From a virus (taxonomy: Duplodnaviria > Caudoviricetes), in IMG/VR virus record IMGVR_UViG_3300014201_000022, positions 1 to 30,598 of that record: a stretch of DNA of 30,598 nt; one strand, given 5' to 3'. Both the position numbers and the translations under genes were made by a program. The notes beneath the pieces were generated by a model. The model saw only the letters and a program-made list of their open reading frames with translations. It made no database searches and was not told the origin of the DNA. Shown one piece after another: positions 30,589-30,598 of this stretch. Position 1 is the first letter of the stretch. Each line of letters starts with the position of its first letter.

Positions 30589-30598
30589 GGCGGTCAGG

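Larger units (their letters stand above)
1..30598 (-). mobile_element. Tailed phage/prophage (siphovirus-like, probably actinobacterial host) head and tail morphogenesis module
   Basis: Tightly packed minus-strand genes with many ATGA/TGATG overlaps, in canonical order protease-capsid-adaptor-terminator-tail tube-chaperone-tape measure-tail tip-spike. No sheath gene seen. No integrase or att site in the window, so phage versus prophage is unresolved. Confidence 0.95.

Overview
This window is a very GC-rich, actinobacterial-type tailed phage or prophage virion morphogenesis region, read almost entirely on the minus strand. In transcription order (right to left) it encodes: a head-associated protein, a Mu I-like prohead protease with a probable internally initiated scaffold, a decoration protein, the major capsid protein, six small modular paralogues, a small holin-like membrane protein, a Mu gp36-like adaptor, neck and terminator proteins, the tail tube, a frameshifted chaperone pair, a tape measure protein with a lytic transglycosylase-like domain, a distal-tail-like protein, a hub-like protein, minor tail proteins, a beta-helix tailspike and a truncated LamG protein. 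The only credible plus-strand gene is a free-standing His-Me/HNH-type endonuclease with three Cys-rich repeats. The most notable observations are: (1) a 134-aa mini-intein in the distal-tail-like gene that has the class 3 W-C-T triad yet keeps Cys1; (2) its possible partnership with the free-standing endonuclease, with AT-shifted coding tracts near both; (3) a TGCA-repeat promoter motif shared by the head operon and the tail genes beyond the endonuclease; (4) a six-gene cluster built from two shuffled modules, three members ending in -SN. All family names come from motif recognition by eye; no database searches were run.
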